From NCBI RefSeq assembly GCF_018977255.1, contig NW_024704745.1:22568001-22632000 (forward strand): a DNA stretch of 64,000 nt, read 5' to 3'. The notes beneath the pieces are model-generated. The model was not told where the DNA came from, did not search any database, and saw nothing but the letters and a program-made list of their open reading frames with translations. Both the position numbers and the translations under genes were made by a program. The DNA is from Callorhinchus milii. Taxonomy: Eukaryota. How positions within the stretch are numbered: the stretch's first letter is position 1; every line of letters begins with the position of its first letter. Shown here piece by piece: positions 1 through 13,400 of the stretch.

Positions 1-878
1 TCAGTAATTCTTTACAACATATACCCTGCTACATCTATTCATTTGGCTGACACTTATACAGAGTTGTAGAGAAAGCCTGCATCTGCTCTTTTCAAAGAGC
101 TGGCACAGACTCGATGGACCAAATGGCCTCTTTTTGTGCTGTACGATTCTATGATTCTATGAATTTGTCTTTTTATCCAAATCAAAATCATGCATTAATG
201 TTGTTTACCAGTCATTGTAGACATCCAAGCTAAATTGCTGCAAATGTAGGATTGCAAGATTGATTGTGCTATTGAGGTTTTATCAAATTTTACTATGTGC
301 ACCTCAACTCTGCAAACACTGTAAGTACATCAGTTATTTTAGTATGCTAAATGTAATTGATATTCACATAAACACTTTGGGTCGATAAAATCACCCCTTA
401 TTAATAATCCCACTTTCTGGGAAAACAATATTCTATGTTCCAATCCTGAAAAGTGGGATTAATGATATGCAGTGACCTACAAAACAGGAGGCAGTGGCAC
501 AGACACAATGGGCAAAAGGCCTTCTTCTGTGTTGAAAACTCATATGCCTGGCTCTTATAAAAAAAACTAAAAATGGATCAGTGCAATTTATTTGCAGGGA
601 TTGGAATTTTCTGCTGAAGGGATATGGGATTAAAGCAGAGCGATAGGATCCAATGAACAGCATGCTCCGAGAGCCAGTGCAGAGTCGAAAGGCTGAATTT
701 CCTTCTTCTGTTCTTTCTGTTATTCTATGATTCATGTTTAACAGCATCCAGAAAAAAGTAAGGGTTCCATTTTACAGTGAGATCAAAACAGCACTATTTC
801 AGGTGGTATTCATATAGAATTTATATAGAATGATGGCACTGTATTACCCTCTCCTAATCCTGCTATTCCGTTCTCCTT

Positions 879-965
879 CATGTATGTATGTATGTATGTA
901 TGTATGGATGGATGTATGGATGGATGGATGGATGGATGGATGGATGGATGGATGGATGGATGTAT
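879..965. repeat. Compound microsatellite (TGTA)n(TGGA)n
   Basis: Directly visible. Confidence 0.97.
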
Positions 966-1129
966 CAAATTTCCTCTTAAATACATAGATACTTTTTGTT
1001 TTAACCCAGCTTGCAGCAGCTGGTTCTGTATTCTCACCACCCTCTGTGTAAGAGTTGCTCCTAAACTCACTTTTAGGTCTGTTGCCTGCTAATAACACTA
1101 AAATCCAGTTCCAGATAATCATATTTCAA

Positions 1130-1560
1130 CAATTTGTAGGATTGGGTTGTGAGCAGTGACTAGCGGGCATCAAATTAAAATAATTAGTAAGGGAGCAGAG
1201 GAGGAGATTAGGAGAAATTATTTTACTGAGAGTTGTTAGGACCAGGAATGTGGGCTGTTTTTGCCAAATTTATCAAGAGGAAACTATATATATATATATA
1301 TATTTATACATATATAAAATATATAATATATATAAAATAATTCACAGGTATATGAGGAAAAAGATAAATGGGACTGAATGGTAAATGATAAAAAGGTAAA
1401 TCAGCCATGATCTTATTGAATGGCAGACCAGGCTCAAAGGGTTGAATGACCTATTCCTGTGCCTATGTTCTTATGAATGGATTGCTCCTTCAAAATGCCA
1501 TCAGAGACTTGATCGGATGAAGGCCTTCTTCCATGCTGTTTAATTTCTATTTTTCTATGA
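1130..1560 (+). mobile_element. Decayed CR1 3' fragments (also 80-162 on +, and about 52610-52870 on -), with an embedded (TA)n
   Basis: Contains atcagccatgatcttattgaatggcagaccaggctcaaagggttgaatgacctattcctg and (ATTCTATG)n tails. Confidence 0.75.
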
Positions 1561-3440
1561 ACTTTGCCAGTCAACAACAACTTGCACTTATATGAAACGA
1601 CCCTCTCTCAGATAGAGAGCAAGGATCTTGATACACAAAGAGATTATATAATCCTTTTATTTCATGAAACACAAATCCGAGAAATTAGATTCATTAATTA
1701 AGGAATTAAATTTGATTTTGAAATAAATATTTCACTTCACTTAAATCCACATAGCTTTCAGGTCATTGCAAATGCATACATGATTTTTTTAAAAAAGCAC
1801 ACAGTACTGAGAGGCTCAATAAACTGGAGAGATGCAATATTTTCAATTTAGTGGCCAAACAATTACATTAATGTCAAACTAAAATAATCAGATTGAGCAA
1901 TAATATTTCTTTCTGAATTATTTAGCATTGAACCTAAAATCCAGAAACTGATGTCATGGAGCACATTATACTGATTAAATATCTTATTTCAATGTGTGGG
2001 ATAGTAAGAATTGAGTTATTTTTAAAATAGACTTTTTCCTGAGGCCACCTGGATTATCCAATGCGTATTTACCATCCCCCAATTCATTTATGCAAAAAAT
2101 ACTTGTTTTAGTTGAAGTAGTTGAAATCAGAAGCCAGCTATTGCAGAAATAAAAAATATTTGTGACTTCTGTTGCGTTTACCTTATTATACGAATGAGTG
2201 TTAAATTTATAGGGAGTGGATTTGGAGGAGAAATCTAACAGTCTTAATCGAGACATAAATCTGATAATAAAAGAAATTAATTAATTCTCTATCCAAAGGC
2301 ATCACTGTAATTCGGTCAATTTTAAATTGTGCATCATACATCGCGCCAGTTAGAAGATAGTAGATCGTGAAGGCACGGTCAGTAATGGGTGACCCCTAAA
2401 TTTGACCCACAGTTCTTATAGCATGTCTTTGTGGAACAGTCGGGGGCCTATCAGTTTCCAATTGATTGGAAAGGAGAAGATTGCAGCATTAAGGTACCAA
2501 TATTCAGATTATCACCTTTTTCTCTCCCCCGCCCCCACCACCTAGACAAGCAAGTAGACCAGCCAATTGACAGTAAATATGCATTAGCTTCCATTAGATA
2601 GCAATCGTGCAATTAACTCTCAAGATGATCCATGAGAAGCCAAGCCATATTAGCTCACATTCTTCTAAAGACACATCTTAGGTAATGGCAGCTATCCAAG
2701 TGTGGAGAAGAGGAGGATGGTAACACGCTGGAGTCATGAGTAACAGCGTTCCATCTGGAGTATCCAGACAGAGGATTTATTAAAATGTGCACATATCTTA
2801 CTGATGACTTTTAAAAAAGAAACATGGGAATACCTGAAATGACAGATGTAAAGCGGAGCGTTCCACCAGAATGGATACGTCTCCAATAAGTCATCTGTGC
2901 GTGACTTGAGAAAATGTGCTGTCAAAATGGATCTGCAGAAGTTGTGTTTTACTAGACACTTAAGCAATCCAAAGCTATGATAATGTTTAGTAACATCCGA
3001 TCTGAAGATACAAGATAACAGCAAGGACAACTCTATGAGTGGTACACCTATTGTAAAGACAATAGTCAGTTAATCTTTATAATCGGGTGTCAAACAAGTT
3101 GAAAATTCAGCCGCATTTTATAAAATGAGAAAAAGTCTTTATAACCACTTCTGAAAAATTATCCAACCAGAAAACAAAAGACATCCACCCCCTTTGCTAT
3201 CTTATATAATGGAGCCTTGTCACAACGTGGTGATTGGGTTCCATAAAATCCTTATAATGAAGCCACAACCGCCAGTTTCACTGGGTGTGCTTGTGCGGGC
3301 TGGCCACAGTGCTAAATTGGCTGACTTCCAGGTCCCCACCCTATTACTTCGTGGGTACTGCACATGCACAGGAAATTACATCAGTGGTCACCTGATAATC
3401 TGATTTATCATTTTTATAGCAGCGCGAGGTTAAACGAGAA

Positions 3441-3558
3441 GCTAAAATGGCTAACTTCTGGGTCATTAGGTCACCACTGATATAACTCTGCTGTGTTGTG
3501 CATGCACAAGAATTGCTATCACCAGCGACCTAATGACCCAGCAATTGGCTGTCTTAGC
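3441..3558. repeat. Palindromic hairpin element
   Basis: The perfect 15-bp pair ctgggtcattaggtc / gacctaatgacccag lies within about 49-bp imperfect arms. Confidence 0.75.
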
Positions 3559-4952
3559 ACGAGAGCCAGTCAGTGAACAGGCCAGCTGTGTGCTTAGAGT
3601 GACTCCTCCTTACATTATATCCTGTGAAACATTTTTCCACTTCCAGTTTAGTTTCTGGGAAAGTATAGCATCAATAAATGTAAAGCTCCCTTTACTCAAG
3701 CCCAAACCTCAGTAGGGCAATGTGCAATGTGACATTTGCCATTTCTTTTACGAGTTATCCTGTAGCCACTCTGACTGAGATTTAATGCTGAATTAAAGGC
3801 AGTTTATTGCTGTGAACCCCATCCACTGGGGCTCTAAACTTAATTTACATAGTACAAATTCAGAAAGGGAGTGCTGTGTTTGCTGGTCTGGTTAAACATA
3901 TGGGAAAGACCAATTTGTAATCTAATACAGCACCCAGCCACTTTCCCTTCATGAAAATTAATTTCTTCCACATCACAATGCTTTTCATACTACATAGGCC
4001 TGCTCACAATGTATCAGACCCCCACACAGCTGTACAAGGTATTACAACAAAAAAGTACTACAACATTTGACAGAATAACCAATACTTACAAAGAAATGCA
4101 CCGTTTAGATCAGATTTAAAACTAGCAAGATTACAAACTGTAAATGCAGACACACAAACCTGCTTCAAATTTATTATTTAAATATCCATAAACTATTTAA
4201 GCTTTGTTATTCTTAAAGATGTATGTCAAATACACAATTATATTTCACACAATGTACGACTGCAAATTCTAGCCTGTCAATAGATGATTGTTTTCTAAGC
4301 ATTAATTAATACTGTTAAAATTAATCAATTGGAATGAATATTCAGAATATTAATTCAGCCCAAAGGAATTTACAAGCTAATTTAATGAGTTTTTAACAGT
4401 ATCCTAACTATAATTGCAAAATCATAACTTTTTTTGTTTGATAATCAACATATATACTTACACAAACCAAATAAGTCATTGCAAAACTAGGTTCATATAG
4501 TTGTCCACTTAATAGTTATCATTTAAAAAAGATGCACGCACAGGAACTGATGTTAGAGGAGCTACCTGCTTATATATTGTGTGTGCAGTGCATAGGAAGC
4601 AACATCCTTGGTGACCCAACAACCTTCAAATCCCTCCAAACGTGGCTATTTTTGTAATAAAAATAATAATCCTTGCACTGGATATAGTGCCTAATCAAAG
4701 AACTTCACAGGATGTATCTTAAAGTGGTGTGACTGTGTATTTTGAATACTGTGTGTTACTATTTTGTGTTTTGGATTTCAAAAGATTAAACAAAAAATTA
4801 AAATCAATTGGAATTCACTTTCCTTAATTTGAAGAAATTTGAAAAAAAACACAACAGAAACAGATTTTATGAGAACATCCCATAAGACAATAACATTCCC
4901 TTCAGCTAAAAGAATTTATTTCCAAACGTAGACTAAATATCGGACTTCCCAC

Positions 4953-5033
4953 CTGCTTGATTGCTGTTACGGTGATGACAAAGAAAAGAGGAAGCCCACT
5001 GGTTATTGGGCTGGTTGGAGTGTCAATGATCAA
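4953..5033 (-). CDS. ATP11A: ATP11A coding exon 4 ([27 protein letters not shown])
   Basis: 81 nt with a ctttttccag| acceptor and |gtggga donor. It encodes the TM1-TM2 loop and TM2 of class VI P4-ATPases, and is visible inside track ORF 4902..5147. Confidence 0.97.
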
Positions 5034-5270
5034 CTGGAAAAAGAGGAAAAAAAGGTTTATCCATTTGTAAAGCAGCTTCATATTTGAAGTTACTTTTGAT
5101 AAGAATATATAACCATATCTGAAAAATATCTGGCATATTTGAAGCATTTACTGAACAAACGTCAATGTAGAATTTGTTAAAAAAATCCTAGTTCTGAAAT
5201 AATTTTTTATAAATTGTATCAAAGAACCATTGAATATTGCTAAGGCAGAATATAGCATATCATCACGTCA

Positions 5271-5363
<93 letters not shown>

Positions 5364-6575
5364 CTATAAAAAAGAAAAACAAGTAAATAGATGAAAAATC
5401 TAAAGCCCTGATTTTAAGAATCAAATAGTTAGATGTACAATGCATTATAAAACCATATTCTCCCAACAGGTAAATCAAAAATAAAGAGTGGGTTTCCTTT
5501 AAGAGGCTAAATTTGCAATCAATTATATTTTAACAACTTACTAACTAAACACTGAAATCTTCTTAGTGCAACCCTACAGATAGCTTCAGCATATATATTC
5601 AACACTAAGAATAATGCTATTCTTGGGTAGAAAACAAGTTATCATACATTACACTTGCACCACTTAATTACTGCAAATACTACAAATCTTTTTCATCTCC
5701 AAATAACAATCTGCTCCAAATCTTAGTAAAAGATAGTACACTCTCGATCTAGGATTGAGCCTAACCATGAATTTCAGAACCATTCAGTTAAATTCAATAT
5801 TGATCCCGATTTGAGACCATATCTGCTGAAGTAATCAGAAGTCAAAAGCTCCATCAAGTGAGAATATAAAAGAAATTCAGATAAGGTAGCCCTTCAGCCC
5901 ATAGATCCTTGTTCTCACTTTCAAATCCTTTCACTGTCTTGCCTACCCTACCTTTGTGGCATCCTTCAACCCTACCAACCCAACTGCTGCCTGCACTACG
6001 CAAGCATCAACCCGTTTCATGTCCCCCTCCTTGTCACCCCACCCTTGGTAGGCAAGCTTTAACCATTCTAACGCACTCTCTGGAACTCCATCCCAGAGTC
6101 CCTCTGACTCCCTCCCTCACCTCATTCCAACAACAACAAGAATACATTTGTATAGCGCCTTTCATGTCGGGAGGATGTCCCAAAACCCTGGACAGTGTAC
6201 AGCATTTTAGACCCGAGCTGTGGTCGGGGGGGGGGAAGGGAGGGGAAGTGGGGTGACCAACGGCAAGTCAGTTTCAAGAGGTACCTCTCTGACTCCACTT
6301 TCGGTTGTCTTTCCCCCTTTCAACTTCCACCCCCAGCAGTATTAATATATCAACATATCCTCCTCCTGACCTTTATAAATATAAAAGGCACTATATAAAT
6401 ATAAATTGTGTTGTATTTAAGAACACACAACTAGCATTACTTCACATGATTTGAGTTAATGGGTGGTGGGGGGGGTGAATGGTACAATTAAGATTTATCG
6501 CATCAAATGTTTCTGCTTTGCATTTGTCAGGGATCCACATTAACATTCCTATATGGGTGAAAGTAAGATCTTTAC

Positions 6576-6698
6576 CTTTGAAGACACAATTCTGTTGTCA
6601 GGATATCTTTGAGGTATGTAAGCATCAGTGCCTTGAGGGGGCTCACGATGTCCAATATAAACTGTGCGATTATCCACCCAGTTCTCTTCACCAGAACA
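6576..6698 (-). CDS. ATP11A: ATP11A coding exon 2 ([41 protein letters not shown])
   Basis: 123 nt flanked by ttttccatttgctttcag| and |gtaaag. The translation is nearly identical to the ATP11A N-terminus ([41 protein letters not shown]), which distinguishes it from ATP11B/C. Confidence 0.96.
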
Positions 6699-6899
6699 CT
6701 GAAAGCAAATGGAAAATAAATGTAGTCAGCAACATCAAATAAAACAACAACTTGCATTTATATAGCGGCATTCGCACAGGGCAGGGTCTTGGGGGTGCTT
6801 AAATACAAGATTGGTGAAGAGATTACTCAACACGTTATAACTTTTTAAATGTCAGAATTTAGAAGTTGCCCTACATCAAGACTTTAAACTCATATTGTC

Positions 6900-7240
6900 T
6901 TGGCTGACACTCCAGTGCAATGCTGGAAGTGTGCTACATTGCTATCGGTGCCCTCCTTCAGATGAGACTTTAAAACCATCTGCCCGTTCAAGTGGATGTT
7001 AAAAAAAATGCCAGACACAATTCAAAAAGAGAAAGGAATATCTTCCGGGATCCTGGCCAACAATATCCCAAATAAAATTGGTCATTTGCTTCATGGTCAT
7101 TTGACGGATTTTACTGTGCACAAATTGGTTGCCCCGTTAGACTACAAATAAACGATCAGTATACTTTACAGTAAATCATGTGAAGTGCTTTCAGATGTCC
7201 TTCCAACATGAAAGGCACTATATCAAATGCAAGGTTCATT
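6900..7240 (+). mobile_element. Older Deu-domain SINE (SacSINE1/AmnSINE-like); related copies near 28490-28870 (-), 33460-33690 (-), 42560-42905 (-) and 62045-62300 (+)
   Basis: Contains gctgacactccagtgca...ttcagatgagactttaaaacc...gtggatgttaaa...tcctggccaac...ctgtgcacaaattggttgcc, then an L2-like tail. Confidence 0.65.
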
Positions 7241-8639
7241 TTAAATTTTGTTACTATAGTATGAAACACTAATGATAATTAAACATCCTGACTTTTAGCA
7301 ACCATTTGACACTCGTCTGACTGAATATCCTTAGCCGAATATGAGGAAGAGAAAATCAACCCGGATTTTTGGCCCTAAATGCTAACAATGACACCTGCTC
7401 AGAAAGTATTTTTAGGTCAGCCAGGTGTCTGACATGGACAAAAATACAAATGTGAATGCCAGACGGGGACAGGATTGGGCTCAGCTGCAAAATCCTCCAT
7501 GTTCAAACAGCCTGCCTACACTCACCACTCTGGTTCACATATTAAGAAGCCTCACAAACCAGACTTTGAACTCATTCGGGGGTGGGAGGAAAAGAGAGGA
7601 AGAACAGAGAAACCCTACATTGTCAGAGGTGCCGTGTTTCGCATTTGAAGTTAAACCAACATCCCACCTACCAGTTTCAAGTGGACATTAAAGATCTCAT
7701 GACAATATTCATAGACAGAAGGGAGATTCCCTTGGTATCGTGGCCAACAATTCATATTTAAAAATAAATCAAGTGAATGAGTTGAAAATAAACTACAAAT
7801 GTTGATTCCCATTATTCAATGCAATTTCAGTGCTTGCCGGTACGTGTGCATGTGGCAATGGGTCAAGACGCATTGAACTGCGAGAAATGTAGTTTTGACC
7901 TATCATCGCATGCACATTTACGGGCTGCATTGAATTATGCATGCACAGTGTAGATTGTTGATTAACTCAGACTTTAAATGCCTTATATTGTTTATCTACA
8001 ACTTGAATTTCATGCAAATCATATTAAATCCTATGGTCCCAACTGATATGACTTACATGAGTTTTACTGTATAAGACACTATACCAAATGCAAAGATTAC
8101 TATGAAAATGGAGAAAGATCTTTGGAGCCGCATCTATGAATCTACGCCTCAGCAATTTGTAGGAGAAAAGGAGAGCAAATGAGCAAAGATAAGCTTATTT
8201 CCCATTCTCTTCACCCCTCCTACATCTTTTCACTCTATTTGATACATTTAGCAGCATTAAATACAGCCACAAAACAGGGTGTAATGGTATAGGGACTTGC
8301 GTCTTTTCATTGAATCCTTCCAAGATTATTTTGTGCTTAACTGAAGTGTTATTTCGATAGAATCCCTTCATCATCTTTGGAAGTTATGTTTACTGCTCAG
8401 TACAAAGGAAATAAGCTGCCAGTTTCTGGGAATAATAATTAGTTTAAATTACTGCATCTATTCACCTCAAATTTAATTTAGATAATTCACTGCTTCTGAA
8501 AGACCAGACAGAACCTACTCAAGTTCTCTCTCATTGCTATTACACAGCAAATAACATTCTCGTGATGATGGATCTGGAACTCAATTACAGTACCACAGCC
8601 ATGACTTTGGGACTGCTCACAATGTCCTAAACCAAGACT

Positions 8640-9245
8640 TGCCTTCCCCTCTGCCACATTGTTCATCTCTGCCCCATCTCACACCAAATGCCACTGAAAC
8701 ACTTATTGATGCCCTTCTTAACAACCGGCTAAGCTTTTCACAACGCACTCCTCGTTGGTTTCCCTAGTTCTACCATTCATAAACTCAAACTTATCCAAAA
8801 CTCCATAGCCAGCATCCTCACGAACACCAACTCAGTAAGCTCAATATCCCAGCCCTTGTCAAGCTTTATTGGTCCCCAGTTCCCTGTGGATAAGTTTCAA
8901 GGGCCTCACCTTCACCTATAAATCCCTTCAAACCCTAGATTCTCCCCATTTCTGATTTGTTCCTACCTCACTCCTCTGTTTAATCCTTGCATTTGATATA
9001 GCGCTTGCTCAGCAAGCTCGGGGTTGCTGCGCATCCTTCTGCTCTTCCCAACACCACCTTCAGTGACCAAGCATTCAGATTCTCTTCCTTCTCACCTCCT
9101 CTCTGACTTTGTCAAACCTCAATTACATGCCTCTTCAATCACTCTTGCGGTCATCACCCCTCCCCCCCACCAACTTGCTCAATATCTGACGCCTTCTTTG
9201 TAAATGTCTCTGAGATGTTGTCCTACGTGAAGGGTGCTGTATAAA
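8640..9245 (+). mobile_element. Heavily decayed L2 3' fragment
   Basis: Contains ctgccacattg...ctctgccccatctc...gaaacacttattgatgcc...caaaactcc, with an L2-like tail. Confidence 0.65.
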
Positions 9246-10080
9246 TTGAGGAAATTACTCAAAACATATGACAAACAGAGGAATCATCTTATCAGTGCTA
9301 GTACTTGGAAGAATTGGGAAAACTTTAAGGTTTGACTGTATTTGTAAGCATTCAAACATTATCACAGAAACATTTAGCCTGTATGTTGAAGCCTCACAAT
9401 ACACAGAACTCAGCAGATAGGATGGAGAGGCCGAGAAGTAAATTCATTTTCTCTCACCCAATGCTATTCAATATTCACACACTAAGGTAGGTTTCTGTGG
9501 CACTTAGTTTTCAAATGAAATTCCTGTTTAAATCAAGAAACAGCTGTTTATATTTTACTTAAGCTGGGTAACTTGTGATTAAGACATAAATCATGAAACA
9601 TGTTCTACATTCTGTGTGAAGAACCGAACTGCTCCCAAGAAACAACTGTGTTTTAGTGTCTGCATCACCTTGACATGCCAAAAAAAAATCTCATTGACAT
9701 TTAACCTCAGTCAAATGTGTTCATTTTACAGAGCAGGCCTAGTATGTTGTTTATGTTAAAATCTAATATAATAATCCAGGACTGGCATTTTGAATCTGCA
9801 GAGCCAAATTAAGGGCACTTACACTCCATTTAGCATAACAACTATTTGGTTTTCACGTGCTCACTACAGAGTTTACACAGTTAATTTGACATCAAATGCA
9901 AAAGACAACAAATTACATGCACCACACAGTCGAAGGAGGGAATTCAATTGTAGTTACTAATGGGGGCATGATAGTTTGCATCCATACAGAGGTAAACTGC
10001 TACAGACATAGAAATGTGGAACTAATCTGAAGGTTTATCTCATTTACAGCACCGCAATCTACTCTAAATACTATGCTTAA

Positions 10081-10423
10081 GAGTCCTGTAGCTCAGTGGT
10101 TAGGGCACTCGACTTGAAAGTGAGAGACCTGGTTTCAATTACTGGCAGGGTAAAATGTTGGGCAAGCTTCCTTACTCCACACGACTCTGTTTACCTAGCA
10201 TTAAGTAGGAACCCTGTTGTTAGTCGATTGGCGGATCGCATTTCCAGAGTTATAATCCCTTCAAAAAAAATAATAAATTGGTCACTCAATCCATGACTGT
10301 TCATGGGACACTGCTGTGCACAATTGGCTGCTGATTTTCTCCCACAAAATATACAGTATATTCTGTGAAGTGCTTTGAGACGTCTTGAAGACATGATAAT
10401 GCGCTCTATCAAATACAAGGATT
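10081..10423 (+). mobile_element. tRNA-derived SINE, long form (tRNA head, central domain, Deu-like domain, L2-like tail)
   Basis: A box tagctcagtggttag and B-box-like ggtttcaattac; central ttgggcaag...ctctgtttacctagca; Deu-like gggacactgctgtgcacaattggctgc; tail gtgaagtgctttgagacgtc...aaatacaagg. Confidence 0.85.
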
Positions 10424-13400
10424 TGAGGTGTGATTTTCAGCCGAATGTGATCTGTAAGGCACATTTTAACAATGACATACATCATATGTTGTACAAGACT
10501 ATTTGTACTTTTTTTTAAATGGTACACCTACATTACTCTGAAAATCTGTGAGAAATACAAGATTGTGTGGTCGAGGATTAATGCTGGTTTTCGGGCGGTT
10601 TCAACTGCCCCCATTGAAGGAGATACACAATTAGAATCTTTGCTAGGCTGTTCTTGAGCAGCTTGATGGCACAGATATAGATGCAGTACTCTTGCCCATC
10701 TGCCTAATTGAAATAGGTTGTGCTACATGGCAGAAGTCACTAGACCATAGAGAAAATAGATTTCAAAAGGTAGACACCAACTGTCCAGTTCCACAGGAGG
10801 GAAACTTTGGAATCAAATTAATAATATTTATTTTCACAACTGAATCTGGTTCTGTAATTCCAAACTTTGTAATGGGGCGGAGGAGGAATGAAAATTAACA
10901 TGACGTACAAAGTGTTTACAGCATTTCCAACAGTGGAATCATTCAATTACTGTTATTAAAAAATAAAATTCCATGTGGGAGGGGGGTGGAGAATCACACA
11001 AACTGGCTTTATTGTATGAGAAATTACTCCAATGGAGCACTGCGTCATTCACATGCTTACTGCTCCATTTCTCCAATACCGTCAGTGCTCAAGGCTGTTT
11101 CCAACACAGTCTGATGGTCCTGCACATGTCACAACTATACAAAATGTCCAGGGCACTTTCGTACAGTTTTAAAAGGGATAAAACAATCATAAAATGTCCT
11201 CAAGTCAAGAACAATGATGCACTGACACACTATCAAATTTTGGTATACTATTTTATTCCTAAATTAGAGCATTAATAACCCAGTTAAGAACAAACTCACA
11301 CAAATCCTGAAGCTTTTTCAATTAATTTTTACTTCAGATGAAATTCCTCTATAAGGTATATCAAGTTATATACCGAATTTCACATAAATTATTAGCACCA
11401 CTAAAAGCACTGATAGTAATTTCACCATTATAATAAAGCTTCTGTATATACAAACACATTTTGCAACAAATGCAGTCTCTGCTAACTAACTTAGCAATCT
11501 ACTGTTACACTACTGCAATTTGTTTCTGTTTCTTACACAAATTATTCTCATTTGATCAAGAGGGTAACATTTCTCTTGCTGCTAATGAGTAGAGACCTTG
11601 ACAATATGTCCTTATAATAGAAAGTTCTCCAATTAGGTGATTTAGGAATGGATCACACATGTGTGGAGACACAGCTTTACTTGAAAATCGGTAAATTTGG
11701 CATTCATCATACACCTCACCTCTTGAAAATAAGCACTTCAAAATAATAGTATGAAAGCGAAAAGGATGACTTTCTAAAACCAAAAGCCTGTGGGAGGTTT
11801 CCCCAATATGAACCTTTCCCTTTACAGTATATTCTGTGAAGCACTTTGTGATCTCTGGAAGATGTGATGAGGCACTATATCAAAGGCAAGGATTATTATT
11901 ATTATTGTGCAGAATAAAGTGTTTAACAGATGGAGTACTTGCCTTATAAATCTCAATTCTCTATATAAAAAGGTACATCTAATTGCTGGCACCATTTGCA
12001 GATCTACATCTTTTGTTACAAATTGAGCACATAGTCTTAATTTAGCATCCTGAACTTCCTGTACAGAATAGAAATTCATTTCCAATTAGCAGTATTTGGA
12101 TCTGATGAATTAAACACATGGAAACTTATGTTAGACTGACCCAAGACAAGATTACCAGGCTTGAAAATAATTCCACTCTCTTGTTAACACACTGACAGCA
12201 TTGATGTTTTCATACTGGAAATACAATTCACAGCATCTAAACATCAATCATCAGCATCAAAGAGACTTAAGCTCTAACTAACAGGGGTATAACCAGTTTC
12301 CATAAGGCCTCAGAATCAGAAGGAAAAGGGAATATACAAAACACCTTTCACTCCCAGAAGAATAAGATCAGTCACTCACTAATGTAAAACAAAGTGCAAA
12401 CCCACCGATGAAAATGTCCCCAAGAATAAAGAAAACTTTCTGATACTCAATGATGAAAATAAACCAGTTTTAAGCTTTGTATTAGTGCTGGTTGTTACCG
12501 GTAGCAGACCAAAGCTTAACACAACATGCAGATTAGTTTTTGTGAGCAGTTTTATAACATGATGTAATAGAAAGATCAATATTAGTGAGGTCAGTTTATT
12601 TTAAGAGTTGTTAGTAACATCAGGTGTAGCCTCAATGAAGTGGTTGTGAGTGCCAAATCCTTGCCTTTTAGGAATAAGCAGCTTTGCGGCACCAAGTGTT
12701 GACTATTCTATAAGCTGAATTGAACATTAGAACAAAGTGGTACAGAAAGTCAATTGGTAGAGCAATGTCCTCTCATTCTAAACCATTCGTTCTGGTCACA
12801 TAATCAAGAATTATTCCAAGTCAATGCCACTCGTTAGAAAGAGTTTTGATGACTCTGATCCAGGCCACAAGATGGAGCATTCTACATAGCAGATTGGCAT
12901 TGTGCCATTGCTGTTTCCAATAGGTGTCTGTGGGTATAGGTCAGAGCTATTTATGCACAATCCTAGGGAGAGTTAAGAATGCTACTCCCTCATACACAGA
13001 AATACAATAGAAGTCAATTTGACTTTAAACTGTTGGGTGCCTTGTCTTTGGAAACTTTTAATCTAAAACTACAGGTTCCTCAATTACATGAAATTAATAA
13101 AAACTTAATGAATCCAGGTCATGATCTGAACTACTTGTACAAACCCATACTTCAGTCATATTCAGACACTTTTTTGTTTTTTTATTATTCCCATATAGCT
13201 ACATGATCATTTTGGAACAAATTGAATTAGACACAAACCATGCACCAATAATCAGTTAACTAAATGTCCAGAAAAAAAATTGCACAATGTCCATGAAGGA
13301 GAGGTACTGGAAAGCTGTAAGCTGCTCAGCAGAAGAGGGATCAAATACCTTCAGAAAACATTTTTACATTTACATTTTTAAAGGTTCTGCTGTGAGTGCA

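Noticed and set aside
405-461. 12-bp inverted repeat taatcccacttt/aaagtgggatta
   Set aside because: It is too short to distinguish from chance or a tiny MITE remnant.
810-1122. Track ORFs with IHPS/MDGW repeats
   Set aside because: They are translations of the (TGTA)n(TGGA)n microsatellite.
1-4952. ATP11A exon 5 (GYEDWLRHKAD...)
   Set aside because: No matching minus-strand sequence was found; it presumably lies beyond the left edge of the window.
4902-5147. 81-aa ORF taken as a standalone gene
   Set aside because: Only 4953-5033 is coding (ATP11A exon 4); the rest is intronic sequence that happens to be open.
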